From Gemmatimonadota bacterium (GTDB lineage: Bacteria; Gemmatimonadota; Gemmatimonadetes; Longimicrobiales; Gaopeijiaceae): DNA of 42,892 nucleotides. Shown here one piece after another: positions 35,974-42,892 of the stretch. Location: the NCBI GenBank assembly GCA_039585535.1, contig JBDGVS010000013.1, positions 1 to 42,892 on the forward strand, in the 5' to 3' direction. The stretch's first letter is position 1, and every line of letters begins with the position of its first letter. The notes beneath the pieces were generated by a model. It worked only from the letters and a program-made list of their open reading frames with translations, did not search any database and was not told the origin of the DNA. A program made the translations under genes and the position numbers.

Positions 35974-36044
35974 AGAGGCTCAAGAACCTTGTGAGCCCTG
36001 CCCCGTGAGGCTTTTTTTCTACGCTCTGCCGGAAACCCGGCAGA
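35974..36044 (+). terminator. Possible terminator region after the LOG gene
   Basis: Imperfect hairpin GGCTCA...TGAGCC (35977-35997), a T7 run at 36012-36018, then a perfect 8-bp hairpin TCTGCCGG-aaac-CCGGCAGA (36025-36044). The geometry is not a textbook intrinsic terminator. Confidence 0.35.
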
Positions 36045-36072
36045 CATCGTGCGCTCGAATCGGTGGTAAGCA

Positions 36073-37170
36073 GTGACCATAAATACCGACACGCCCAAGG
36101 GATACGCGCCAGCCGGAAAGAATACCGGCGTCGTGAAACCGAAGGGCACTTATAAGATCAAAGCTCACGAAGGACTTGAAACGATCGACATCCGATCGCG
36201 AAAACCTTCGTGGTTGAAAGTCCGTTCGCCCGGTGGGGCGAACTACATGCGTCTCCAGAAAATGATGCGCTCTGAGGGCCTCCATACGGTCTGCGAAGAG
36301 GCTGGATGTCCGAACATCGGAGAGTGTTGGGAATCCGGTACGGCGACATTCATGATCCTCGGAGACGTGTGCACCCGCGCGTGTAAGTACTGCGGAGTAG
36401 CGCACGGCATGCCGACGGGTCTCGACGAAGACGAGCCTCGCCGGGTGGCGCAAACGGTGAAGGAGATGGAGCTCGAGCACGTCGTCATCACGAGCGTGAA
36501 CCGGGACGAACTTCCCGACGGCGGTGCGGGGATCTATGCAGAGACGATCCGCCGGGTTCATGAAGCCGTTCCCGGGTGCTCCGTCGAGGTGCTCATCCCC
36601 GACTTCAAGGGTGACGAAGATGCGCTGAAGATCGTAGTCGATGCGAAGCCAGCGATTCTGGGGCACAACCTGGAGACGGTTCTCCGCCTGCACCCGGACG
36701 TGCGTCCCGGTGGTCGCTACTGGCGATCGATTTCGTACCTCGGTGCGGTTAAGCGCTTTGACGCGGAGATGCTCACCAAGACTGGGATCATCCTCGGAAT
36801 GGGTGAAGAGGACGAGGAGATTCGGCAGGCCATGCAGGACCTCCGTGAAGCCTCGGTCGACATCCTGACGCTGGGTCAGTATCTGCGCCCTTCGCCGATG
36901 CATATCGCTGTGGCTCGTTGGGTGACGCCCGATGAGTTCGCCGAGTGGAAGAGAATCGGCGAAGAGGAGTACGGCTTCCGGCACGTCGAATCCGGACCAC
37001 TCGTCCGCTCCAGCTATCACGCCAAGGAGCAGGCTCGTGAGCTGGAGGCTGGCGCCCCCGGTTCAATTCAGAATGTCATGGAGGCGGATATCCCGGCCCC
37101 GGCTGAGATGCGCCTCGACCTGGTACAACTCGAGCTCGGCCGTCCCGGCCGGGCCGTGAACGGAGCTTGA
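36073..37170 (+). CDS. lipA: Lipoyl synthase
   Basis: Auxiliary cluster CEEAGCPNIGEC and radical-SAM CTRACKYC, plus SSYHA. There is a C-terminal tail of about 35 aa beyond the usual end. GTG start. Confidence 0.92.
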   Translation: MTINTDTPKGYAPAGKNTGVVKPKGTYKIKAHEGLETIDIRSRKPSWLKVRSPGGANYMRLQKMMRSEGLHTVCEEAGCPNIGECWESGTATFMILGDVCTRACKYCGVAHGMPTGLDEDEPRRVAQTVKEMELEHVVITSVNRDELPDGGAGIYAETIRRVHEAVPGCSVEVLIPDFKGDEDALKIVVDAKPAILGHNLETVLRLHPDVRPGGRYWRSISYLGAVKRFDAEMLTKTGIILGMGEEDEEIRQAMQDLREASVDILTLGQYLRPSPMHIAVARWVTPDEFAEWKRIGEEEYGFRHVESGPLVRSSYHAKEQARELEAGAPGSIQNVMEADIPAPAEMRLDLVQLELGRPGRAVNGA

Positions 37171-38261
37171 GCGAAGTGGCCGAAACGAAGACGAAATCCC
37201 GAAAGGCCTCGAAGAAGTCGAGTCCGCTCGAGGAGCACGGAATCAGTGAAGAGCTCGCGCTCGATCTTATGCGGGACATGCTCCTGTATCGGCGGTTCGA
37301 GGAGAAAGCCGAAGAGGCATACGCGATTGGGAAGATCGGTGGCTTCTGTCACCTGCACATCGGTCAGGAGGGAGCAGCCGCGGGTAGCATCAAGCCGCTA
37401 CGCCCCGACGACTACGTGATGAGCGCCTACCGCGAGCACACGCAGGCGATCGCCAAGGGTGTGAAGCCCAACGCGGTCATGGCCGAGCTGTACGGTCGCG
37501 CTGACGGATCGTCGGGTGGAAAGGGCGGCTCGATGCACATTTTCGATGCCGAGTGCCGCTTCATGGGTGGGCATGGCATCGTCGGTGGGCAGGTGCCGCT
37601 GGCCACCGGCATCGCCTGGAAGATCAAGTACCGGGGCGAAGACACCGTCTCCCTTGTCTATATGGGTGACGCCGCTGTGAACCAGGGCGGCTTCCACGAA
37701 GCGATGAACATGGCCGCGGTGTGGCACCTCCCGGCCATCTACGTAGTCGAGAACAATGCGTACGGGATGGGCACGGCCTTCTCACGAGTTTCGAGGACGG
37801 AGATGGTCGACAAGGCGGCTGCCCACGGAGTCCCTTCGCACTCGATCAACGGCCAGGATGTTCTCGAAACGTATGCCTTCTTCCGAGACTTGGCGGAGAA
37901 GGTGCGCAGCGGAGCCGGCCCCCAGTTTGTCGACCTGAGGACGTACCGGTTCCGCGGCCACTCGATGTCGGATCCGGTGTCCGGCACGTATCGCTCGGTT
38001 GAAGAGGTGGAGAAGGCCAAAGAGGAACTCGATCCGATCGCGGGCCTCCGAGACGTCCTCATGAAGACGGGTGCCCTCGACCAGGATGCTCTCAATGCAA
38101 TGGATCAGGAGGCCCGACAGATCGCGCAGGACGCGGCGGATTTCGCCGAAGCCTCACCGTTGCCGGACCCGGATGCTCTTTATCGAAACGTATGGGCCGA
38201 GATCAACCCGAATGGACGCCTCTTCTTCGATGGCCGTGGTGCCACGGGAGGTGACCGCTAA
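37167..38261 (+). CDS. pdhA: Pyruvate (2-oxoacid) dehydrogenase E1 component alpha subunit
   Basis: ThDP-binding region YMGDAAVNQGGFHEAMNMAAVWHLPAIYVVENNAYGMGT and the YRFRGHSMSDP phospho-loop. TTG at 37167 or GTG at 37176 as start. Confidence 0.9.
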   Translation: MSEVAETKTKSRKASKKSSPLEEHGISEELALDLMRDMLLYRRFEEKAEEAYAIGKIGGFCHLHIGQEGAAAGSIKPLRPDDYVMSAYREHTQAIAKGVKPNAVMAELYGRADGSSGGKGGSMHIFDAECRFMGGHGIVGGQVPLATGIAWKIKYRGEDTVSLVYMGDAAVNQGGFHEAMNMAAVWHLPAIYVVENNAYGMGTAFSRVSRTEMVDKAAAHGVPSHSINGQDVLETYAFFRDLAEKVRSGAGPQFVDLRTYRFRGHSMSDPVSGTYRSVEEVEKAKEELDPIAGLRDVLMKTGALDQDALNAMDQEARQIAQDAADFAEASPLPDPDALYRNVWAEINPNGRLFFDGRGATGGDR

Positions 38262-39242
38262 ATGGCCGTCATGACCTACCGGGAAGCCCTCAACGAGGCC
38301 CTCCGCGAAGAGATGGAGCGCGACCCCGACGTCTTTCTGATTGGCGAGGAAGTCGCTGAGTACGACGGTGCCTACAAGGTGTCGAAAGGCTTGCTGGCTG
38401 AGTTCGGGGATCAGCGGATCGTAGACTCGCCCATCAGCGAACTCGGCTTCACCGGACTGAGTGTCGGTGCGGCGATGGCAGGCCTCCGACCCGTCGTCGA
38501 GTTCATGACCTTCAACTTCGCCTTCCTGGCGATCGACCAGGTCATCAACTCCGCGGCGAAGATGCACTACATGTCGGAAGGTCAGTTTCCGATGCCGCTC
38601 GTCTTCCGCGGCCCGACGGGTGCGGCACTCCAGCTCTCGGCACAGCACTCCCAGGCGTGCGAGACGTATTACTCCCACGCACCGGGCTGTAAGGTGGTTA
38701 CGCCGGGAACGCCGGCCGACGCGAAGGGGCTCCTCAAGGCCGCCATTCGCGACAACGACCCGGTGGCGTTCATGGAGGGGGAGACCCTCTACAATCTGAA
38801 GGGTGAGGTTCCCGAGGATGACGATTTCATCATCCCGTTGGGTGTCGCCGATCTGAAGAGAGAGGGCGGGGACGTCTCGATCATCACGCACGGAAAGATG
38901 ATCCACGTTGCACTTCAGGCTGCCGCGCAGCTCGAGAAGGACGGCATCGAAGCCGATGTTCTCGACCTCCGAACCATTCGTCCACTCGACATGGATGCAA
39001 TCCTCGCGACCGTCAAGAAGACGAATCGCGCTGTCTACCTCGAGGAAGGATGGCCCTACGCAGGCACGGGCGCCCAGATCGTGTCCATGATCCAGGAAGA
39101 GGCCTTCGATGATCTCGATGCGCCTTTACTGCGGGTCACCCAGGCAGATATTCCCATGCCGTACGCCAAGAACCTCGAATCCCTAGCCAAGCCGTCGGCC
39201 AGTCATGTGATCGAGGCCGTAAAAAAGGTGCTGTACCGCTAA
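38262..39242 (+). CDS. pdhB: Pyruvate (2-oxoacid) dehydrogenase E1 component beta subunit
   Basis: MTYREALNEAL, IVDSPISELGFTG; 326 aa, typical length. Confidence 0.92.
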   Translation: MAVMTYREALNEALREEMERDPDVFLIGEEVAEYDGAYKVSKGLLAEFGDQRIVDSPISELGFTGLSVGAAMAGLRPVVEFMTFNFAFLAIDQVINSAAKMHYMSEGQFPMPLVFRGPTGAALQLSAQHSQACETYYSHAPGCKVVTPGTPADAKGLLKAAIRDNDPVAFMEGETLYNLKGEVPEDDDFIIPLGVADLKREGGDVSIITHGKMIHVALQAAAQLEKDGIEADVLDLRTIRPLDMDAILATVKKTNRAVYLEEGWPYAGTGAQIVSMIQEEAFDDLDAPLLRVTQADIPMPYAKNLESLAKPSASHVIEAVKKVLYR

Positions 39243-40519
39243 TGGCAACCAAGGTCCACATGGAAGCGCTTTCTCCCACGATGGAGGAAGGACAGCTCGT
39301 TCAGTGGCTCAAGTCCGAGGGCGATGACATCGCCAACGGTGACATCCTCGCGGAGATCGAAACCGACAAGGCGACGATGGAACTCGTCGCTCGCGGTGAC
39401 GGAGTCCTCCGTAAGATCTTCCTCGACGCGGGTGGTACCGCTCCTGTCGGTTCCGTGATTGGAGTGATCGCTGCTGCCGATGAGGACATTTCCGGTATCG
39501 AGGGCGTGGATGGTGGTGGAGCGGCAGCAGCTCCGGCTCCGGCCGAGGCACCGGCCCCCGAGGCAGCTCCTGTGGCGCCCGCTCCTGCCGCACCCGCTCC
39601 TGCCGCACCCGCCCCGGCTGCGGCCCCGGCTCCGGCCGCGCCTGTCCAGGGCGAAGGTGGGCGCGTGAAGGCTTCTCCACTCGCGAGGCGGCTCGCCGAG
39701 GAAGCGGGCGTCGACCTGGCTCGGATCGCAGGATCAGGCCCGGGAGGCCGCGTCGTGAAACGCGATGTCGAGGCCGCGAAGGAAGCTGGCGTTGCGGCGC
39801 CCAGTGCTCCCGCCTGGACGATGGACGGAGCCGAGTACGAGGACGTCCCGACGTCGCAGATGCGCAAGACGATCGCGAAGCGTCTCGTCACATCGATCGG
39901 ACCGGTCCCGACGTTCTACCTCACGATGGACGTGGACATGGGCCGCGTGATGGAGGCCAGGAAGAGCATCAACGCGATGCTCGAACGGGATGGCGGCAAG
40001 ATCTCGATCAACGACATCGTGCTGAAGGCGACGGCGGCAGCGCTGCGCCAGCATCCGAATTGCAACGCGCAGTGGCACGACGGCTTCATCCGGCGATTCA
40101 ACGCGGTGCACATCGGTGTAGCGGTGGCCGTCGAGGATGGGCTGATCACGCCGATCGTTCGAAACGCCGAGATGAAGGGGATCGTCCAGATCGGATCTGA
40201 GGTGAGGGAGCTAGCCGGTCGCGCGCGCGAGAAGAAACTCATGCCCGAGGAATACACGGGCGCGACCTTCTCCGTCTCGAATCTGGGGATGTTCGGCATC
40301 CATGAGTTCACTGCGATCATCAATCCCCCCGAAGCCGGTATTCTGGCGGTGGGCGGGATCGAGGACGCCGCTGTCGTGGTCGATGGTCAGGTGACCGTCC
40401 GTCCGCGCATGAAGATCACGATGAGCTGTGACCATCGCGTGATCGATGGTGCGCAGGGCTCGCGCTTCCTGCAGACGTTGAAGGGAATGCTGGAAGAGCC
40501 GACAGCGATCGTTCTGTAA
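39242..40519 (+). CDS. pdhC: Dihydrolipoamide acetyltransferase E2 component
   Basis: Lipoyl domain (EIETDKATME), Ala/Pro linker, E3-binding domain (ASPLARRLAEEAGVDL), and catalytic domain with DHRVIDGA. TAATG overlap with pdhB. Confidence 0.92.
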   Translation: MATKVHMEALSPTMEEGQLVQWLKSEGDDIANGDILAEIETDKATMELVARGDGVLRKIFLDAGGTAPVGSVIGVIAAADEDISGIEGVDGGGAAAAPAPAEAPAPEAAPVAPAPAAPAPAAPAPAAAPAPAAPVQGEGGRVKASPLARRLAEEAGVDLARIAGSGPGGRVVKRDVEAAKEAGVAAPSAPAWTMDGAEYEDVPTSQMRKTIAKRLVTSIGPVPTFYLTMDVDMGRVMEARKSINAMLERDGGKISINDIVLKATAAALRQHPNCNAQWHDGFIRRFNAVHIGVAVAVEDGLITPIVRNAEMKGIVQIGSEVRELAGRAREKKLMPEEYTGATFSVSNLGMFGIHEFTAIINPPEAGILAVGGIEDAAVVVDGQVTVRPRMKITMSCDHRVIDGAQGSRFLQTLKGMLEEPTAIVL

Positions 40520-40522
40520 CGG

Positions 40523-41053
40523 CTATTCTGCTGTAGAGGACGTCGGGCCCGACGAGAGTCGGGCCCGGTCGTCTTCTCCGCTCGACACTTCCCGCCGTTC
40601 CGCGCTCTTCGCTGCCGCGACGAGTCCGCTGGTCAGCAAGCCGCCGAAGCCCGCGAACGTGACTGAGGAAGAGAGCAGGCCGGCACCGGACGCGACCAGC
40701 GTCCCCCACCCACCGACCGCGAGCACGAATGCGGCGGGTGTGAAGCCAGCGACGACGGCGCCCAGCGCTGCCATCTGCCAGAGCGGAAGATCGGCGAGCG
40801 CGCGTTCACGAGTCGTTACGGCAAGCAGGGTGCCGAAGCCGGCGGATACGGTTGATCCCACGAGAAAAAATGTCAGCCCCGCATTGGCTGTGCTTCGGGC
40901 CAGGTATTCGAGAAAGCCTGGCTCCAGCAGAAGCCCGAAACGCCCGAGACTTGTCATCACGTTGAGCACGACCCCTCCCAGGGCCGCGATCGTGCCACCC
41001 ACGACGCCGAGTCCGAGGATGCCGCGGGCCTTACGCCCGAAAGCCCGCAGCAT
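40523..41053 (-). CDS. Integral membrane hypothetical protein
   Basis: 176 aa from the ATG at 41053 (MLRAFGRKARG), with about 5 Gly/Ala-rich hydrophobic helices. The upstream part of track ORF 40523..41371 overlaps the DinB gene in another frame. Confidence 0.55.
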   Translation of the reverse strand: MLRAFGRKARGILGLGVVGGTIAALGGVVLNVMTSLGRFGLLLEPGFLEYLARSTANAGLTFFLVGSTVSAGFGTLLAVTTRERALADLPLWQMAALGAVVAGFTPAAFVLAVGGWGTLVASGAGLLSSSVTFAGFGGLLTSGLVAAAKSAERREVSSGEDDRARLSSGPTSSTAE

Positions 41054-41067
41054 CGCTCCGACGCGGC

Positions 41068-41622
41068 TCACTCGTTGCCCATGCTCCAGGGCGGTACCAC
41101 ATGGTTTGCCCGAGCGTAGGCGATGAGCTGCCCGAGATGTTCGTGCATATCTGCCATCGCGGTGGCCACGCTCGCATGGACTGGCATTTCGCGGCCAAAA
41201 TATGACCCGTCCGACATCCGCTTCTCTTCCGACATGCCCTCCACGATCTCGATGAGGAAGTCGAAGGAGACGTCGAGCTCCGCGATCATCTCGGCTTTCG
41301 ACAGAGCACCTGCTCGCTCGAGCTCCGCGCCGAATCCGGGAGCGGACGAAGCAGGCGCGTCGTAGCCCCATCCGGTCGGAAAGAGGTGCGCTTCTGCGAC
41401 CGCGAGACCCAGCACCTCACCGACAGAGCGCACGCCCTCCATCGGGGCCCACTGGTACTGCGACTCGTCGAACGCCTCCGCGAGTCCTGTGAATTTGTCG
41501 TGCATGTCGCGGATGTCCTGGACCTGAACCTCCTGCCACGACTGCACCTGGGCGTCCACTGACGTACTGCTGGCCAGGATCATCACCACCACCGCCACAC
41601 CCGTCCGAGCTTTCCCGCTCAT
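41068..41622 (-). CDS. DinB-family (DinB_2) protein with signal peptide
   Basis: Signal peptide (VAVVVMILASSTSVDAQ). The helical-bundle pattern ends in MADMHEHLGQLIAYARANH, typical of DinB-like metal-binding proteins. Confidence 0.7.
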   Translation of the reverse strand: MSGKARTGVAVVVMILASSTSVDAQVQSWQEVQVQDIRDMHDKFTGLAEAFDESQYQWAPMEGVRSVGEVLGLAVAEAHLFPTGWGYDAPASSAPGFGAELERAGALSKAEMIAELDVSFDFLIEIVEGMSEEKRMSDGSYFGREMPVHASVATAMADMHEHLGQLIAYARANHVVPPWSMGNE

Positions 41623-41690
41623 CCCGTCCTCCGTATTAAAGAGGGCCTATGTCGACTACGCACACCACGTACGTAACCGGAGGTCCCAGG

Positions 41691-42892
41691 GTGACACTTT
41701 CGCATTGGAATCGAGTGCTGGCGATCGCTGCGATCTCCGTGGTGGTCGCAGCGTGTGCCCCCGAGATCGAACCGGCCGACGTCGTGCTGGTGGGCGGAGA
41801 GGTGGTCACTCTGACCCCCGCGGGTGTGGTCGAAGGGGTGGCGATCCGAGGCGACCGCATCGTTGCAGTCGGTTCCGCCGACCTCATGGGTGCGTACACC
41901 GGGCCGGAGACTCGGACGATCGAACTTGGCGGCCGCTCGGTACTGCCCGGGCTGACGGACAACCATCTCCACTCCATCGGTGGTGGACCGGGCGTCGACC
42001 TCTCCCGGGTACGCTCGATGGATGAGCTTCTCGGTGCGATCACGGAGCGAGCGGCCCAGACACCCGCTGGCGATGTGATCGTCACGAATAGTGACTGGCA
42101 CGAGGGGCAACTCGTCGAGCAGCGCCTGCCCTATCGGGATGATCTCGATCGCGCGGCCCCCCGCCACCCGGTGGTCGTGGTGCGCGGCGGCCACGAGTAC
42201 ATCGTCAACAGTGCAGCGCTGCGGCGCTGGGACATCGCAGAGAACACGCTCGACATGCCCGGGGGGCGTGTGGGGCGTTATGCCGATGGGCGGCTGAACG
42301 GGGAGCTCGTCGATCGAGCCAAGGCGCTCGTAACGCTTCCCGAGTCGCCCGCCGCCGACCGCGCCACGCAGAAGGATCGACTCGCGGAGCAGTACACGAC
42401 GTTGAATCAGCGCGGCCTCACCAGCATCCGGCATCCGGGTGGCTCCCTCGATCAGCTGGAGATGATCAGGGAGCTCGAGGCTGAAGGTCGCCTCACCATG
42501 CGAGTCGAGTATCTGCTCCGGGCCCCTCGCTCGGGGTCGCCGGAGGAGCTCGCGGCAGCCATCGCGTCGTGGCCGGAGCCGCCGACGCAGGAGCAGGTGG
42601 GGAGCAACGCCGATGCTCTCGTGCGGCTCGGCGGCGTAAAGCTGGGGGTCGATGGAGGTTTCGAAGGTGGCCTCATGCGGGAGCCTTATCAGGCACCGTG
42701 GGGAGAGGAAGGCACGTATGTCGGACTCCAGACGGTCCCGAGAGAACCCTTCGTCGCGTCGGTCCGTGCTCTACAGGACGCGGGCTGGCGAGTCGCGACG
42801 CACGCGGTCGGAGATGCTGCGATCGATCTGGTACTCGACGCATACGAGATCGCCAATGAGGCCGAGCCTCTCTCCGGGCAGCGATGGGTTGT
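41691..42892 (+). CDS. Amidohydrolase family 3 (YtcJ-like) lipoprotein, N-terminal part (gene runs off the right edge)
   Basis: Not in the ORF track because no stop occurs before the window end. My manual translation from the GTG at 41691 (GGAGG 7 nt upstream; alternative in-frame ATG at 41649) gives VTLSHWNRVLAIAAISVVVAAC (lipobox), then ADVVLVGGEVVTL...VLPGLTDNHLHSIGG (HxH metal site) ...ATHAVGDAAID. Confidence 0.8.
   Translation, partial: MTLSHWNRVLAIAAISVVVAACAPEIEPADVVLVGGEVVTLTPAGVVEGVAIRGDRIVAVGSADLMGAYTGPETRTIELGGRSVLPGLTDNHLHSIGGGPGVDLSRVRSMDELLGAITERAAQTPAGDVIVTNSDWHEGQLVEQRLPYRDDLDRAAPRHPVVVVRGGHEYIVNSAALRRWDIAENTLDMPGGRVGRYADGRLNGELVDRAKALVTLPESPAADRATQKDRLAEQYTTLNQRGLTSIRHPGGSLDQLEMIRELEAEGRLTMRVEYLLRAPRSGSPEELAAAIASWPEPPTQEQVGSNADALVRLGGVKLGVDGGFEGGLMREPYQAPWGEEGTYVGLQTVPREPFVASVRALQDAGWRVATHAVGDAAIDLVLDAYEIANEAEPLSGQRWV

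Noticed and set aside
36019-37020. 333-aa minus-strand ORF. Similar long antisense ORFs lie at 6162-6842, 7743-8423, 21113-21865, 26723-27586 and 31011-31916.
   Set aside because: All overlap well-supported genes on the other strand (lipA, lipid kinase, uppS, mnmG, Nif3, M14) and show low-complexity Arg/Pro/Gly-rich translations. These are GC-driven open frames, not genes.
39520-39650. Tandem 15-nt repeats (cccgctcctgccgca) and a long Ala/Pro-coding low-complexity tract
   Set aside because: This is the flexible AP-rich linker between the lipoyl and E3-binding domains of the E2 acetyltransferase, a normal feature. It is not a CRISPR-like or mobile repeat.
41619-42434. 271-aa ORF on the minus strand
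   Set aside because: It is antisense to a much better plus-strand gene: an amidohydrolase with a lipobox and an HxH metal site. That gene is absent from the ORF track only because it has no stop before the window end.
1-42892. Scan for CRISPR arrays, tRNA/rRNA/tmRNA genes, IS elements, integrases, prophage or toxin-antitoxin/defence modules
   Set aside because: I saw no repeat-spacer periodicity, no T-loop/acceptor-stem candidates outside coding sequence, and no transposase, recombinase or phage-like ORFs on either strand. Apart from the items listed, the window looks like conserved core chromosome.

Overview
GC-rich (roughly 65%) bacterial chromosome segment covering the replication-origin neighbourhood. 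The large periplasmic-type YidC, lipoproteins and HtrA suggest a diderm; a Gemmatimonadota-like lineage is only a guess. The core is the classic ori cluster. dnaN and dnaA lie on the minus strand, and rpmH-rnpA-yidD-yidC-mnmE-acyP-mnmG diverge from them on the plus strand. Next come two parS sites, parA-parB, and an M23 peptidase plus bactofilin pair. Left of the origin: modABC (modA partial), a phospholipid gene island (PlsC acyltransferase, a Tam41-like candidate CDP-DAG synthase, a CDP-alcohol phosphatidyltransferase, and a divergent ADC-like protein plus lipid kinase), uppS, ada, a large LuxR/LAL regulator, a thioesterase and pyrE. Right of the origin: Nif3, a PAS histidine kinase / receiver / HtrA operon, an M14 peptidase coupled to a zinc-ribbon/TPR protein, an SDR epimerase, a LOG-family protein, lipA-pdhABC, a membrane protein, DinB and a partial amidohydrolase. 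I found no CRISPR array, tRNA/rRNA, transposase, integrase or recognisable defence system, so this is mostly core genome. The items most worth a second look are listed here. (1) A DnaA-box cluster with an AT-rich tract in the dnaA-dnaN spacer (candidate oriC). (2) Two tandem parS palindromes right after mnmG. (3) Apparent short internal lesions in essential ori-proximal genes: dnaN lacks about 30 aa, parB has one in-frame gap plus one frameshift, and rnpA has no canonical start. (4) A bacterial phospholipid operon built around a mitochondrial-type (Tam41-like) enzyme candidate. (5) An LmdC-like M23 peptidase/bactofilin module translationally coupled to parB. All functional calls come from motif recognition by eye; no database search was run.
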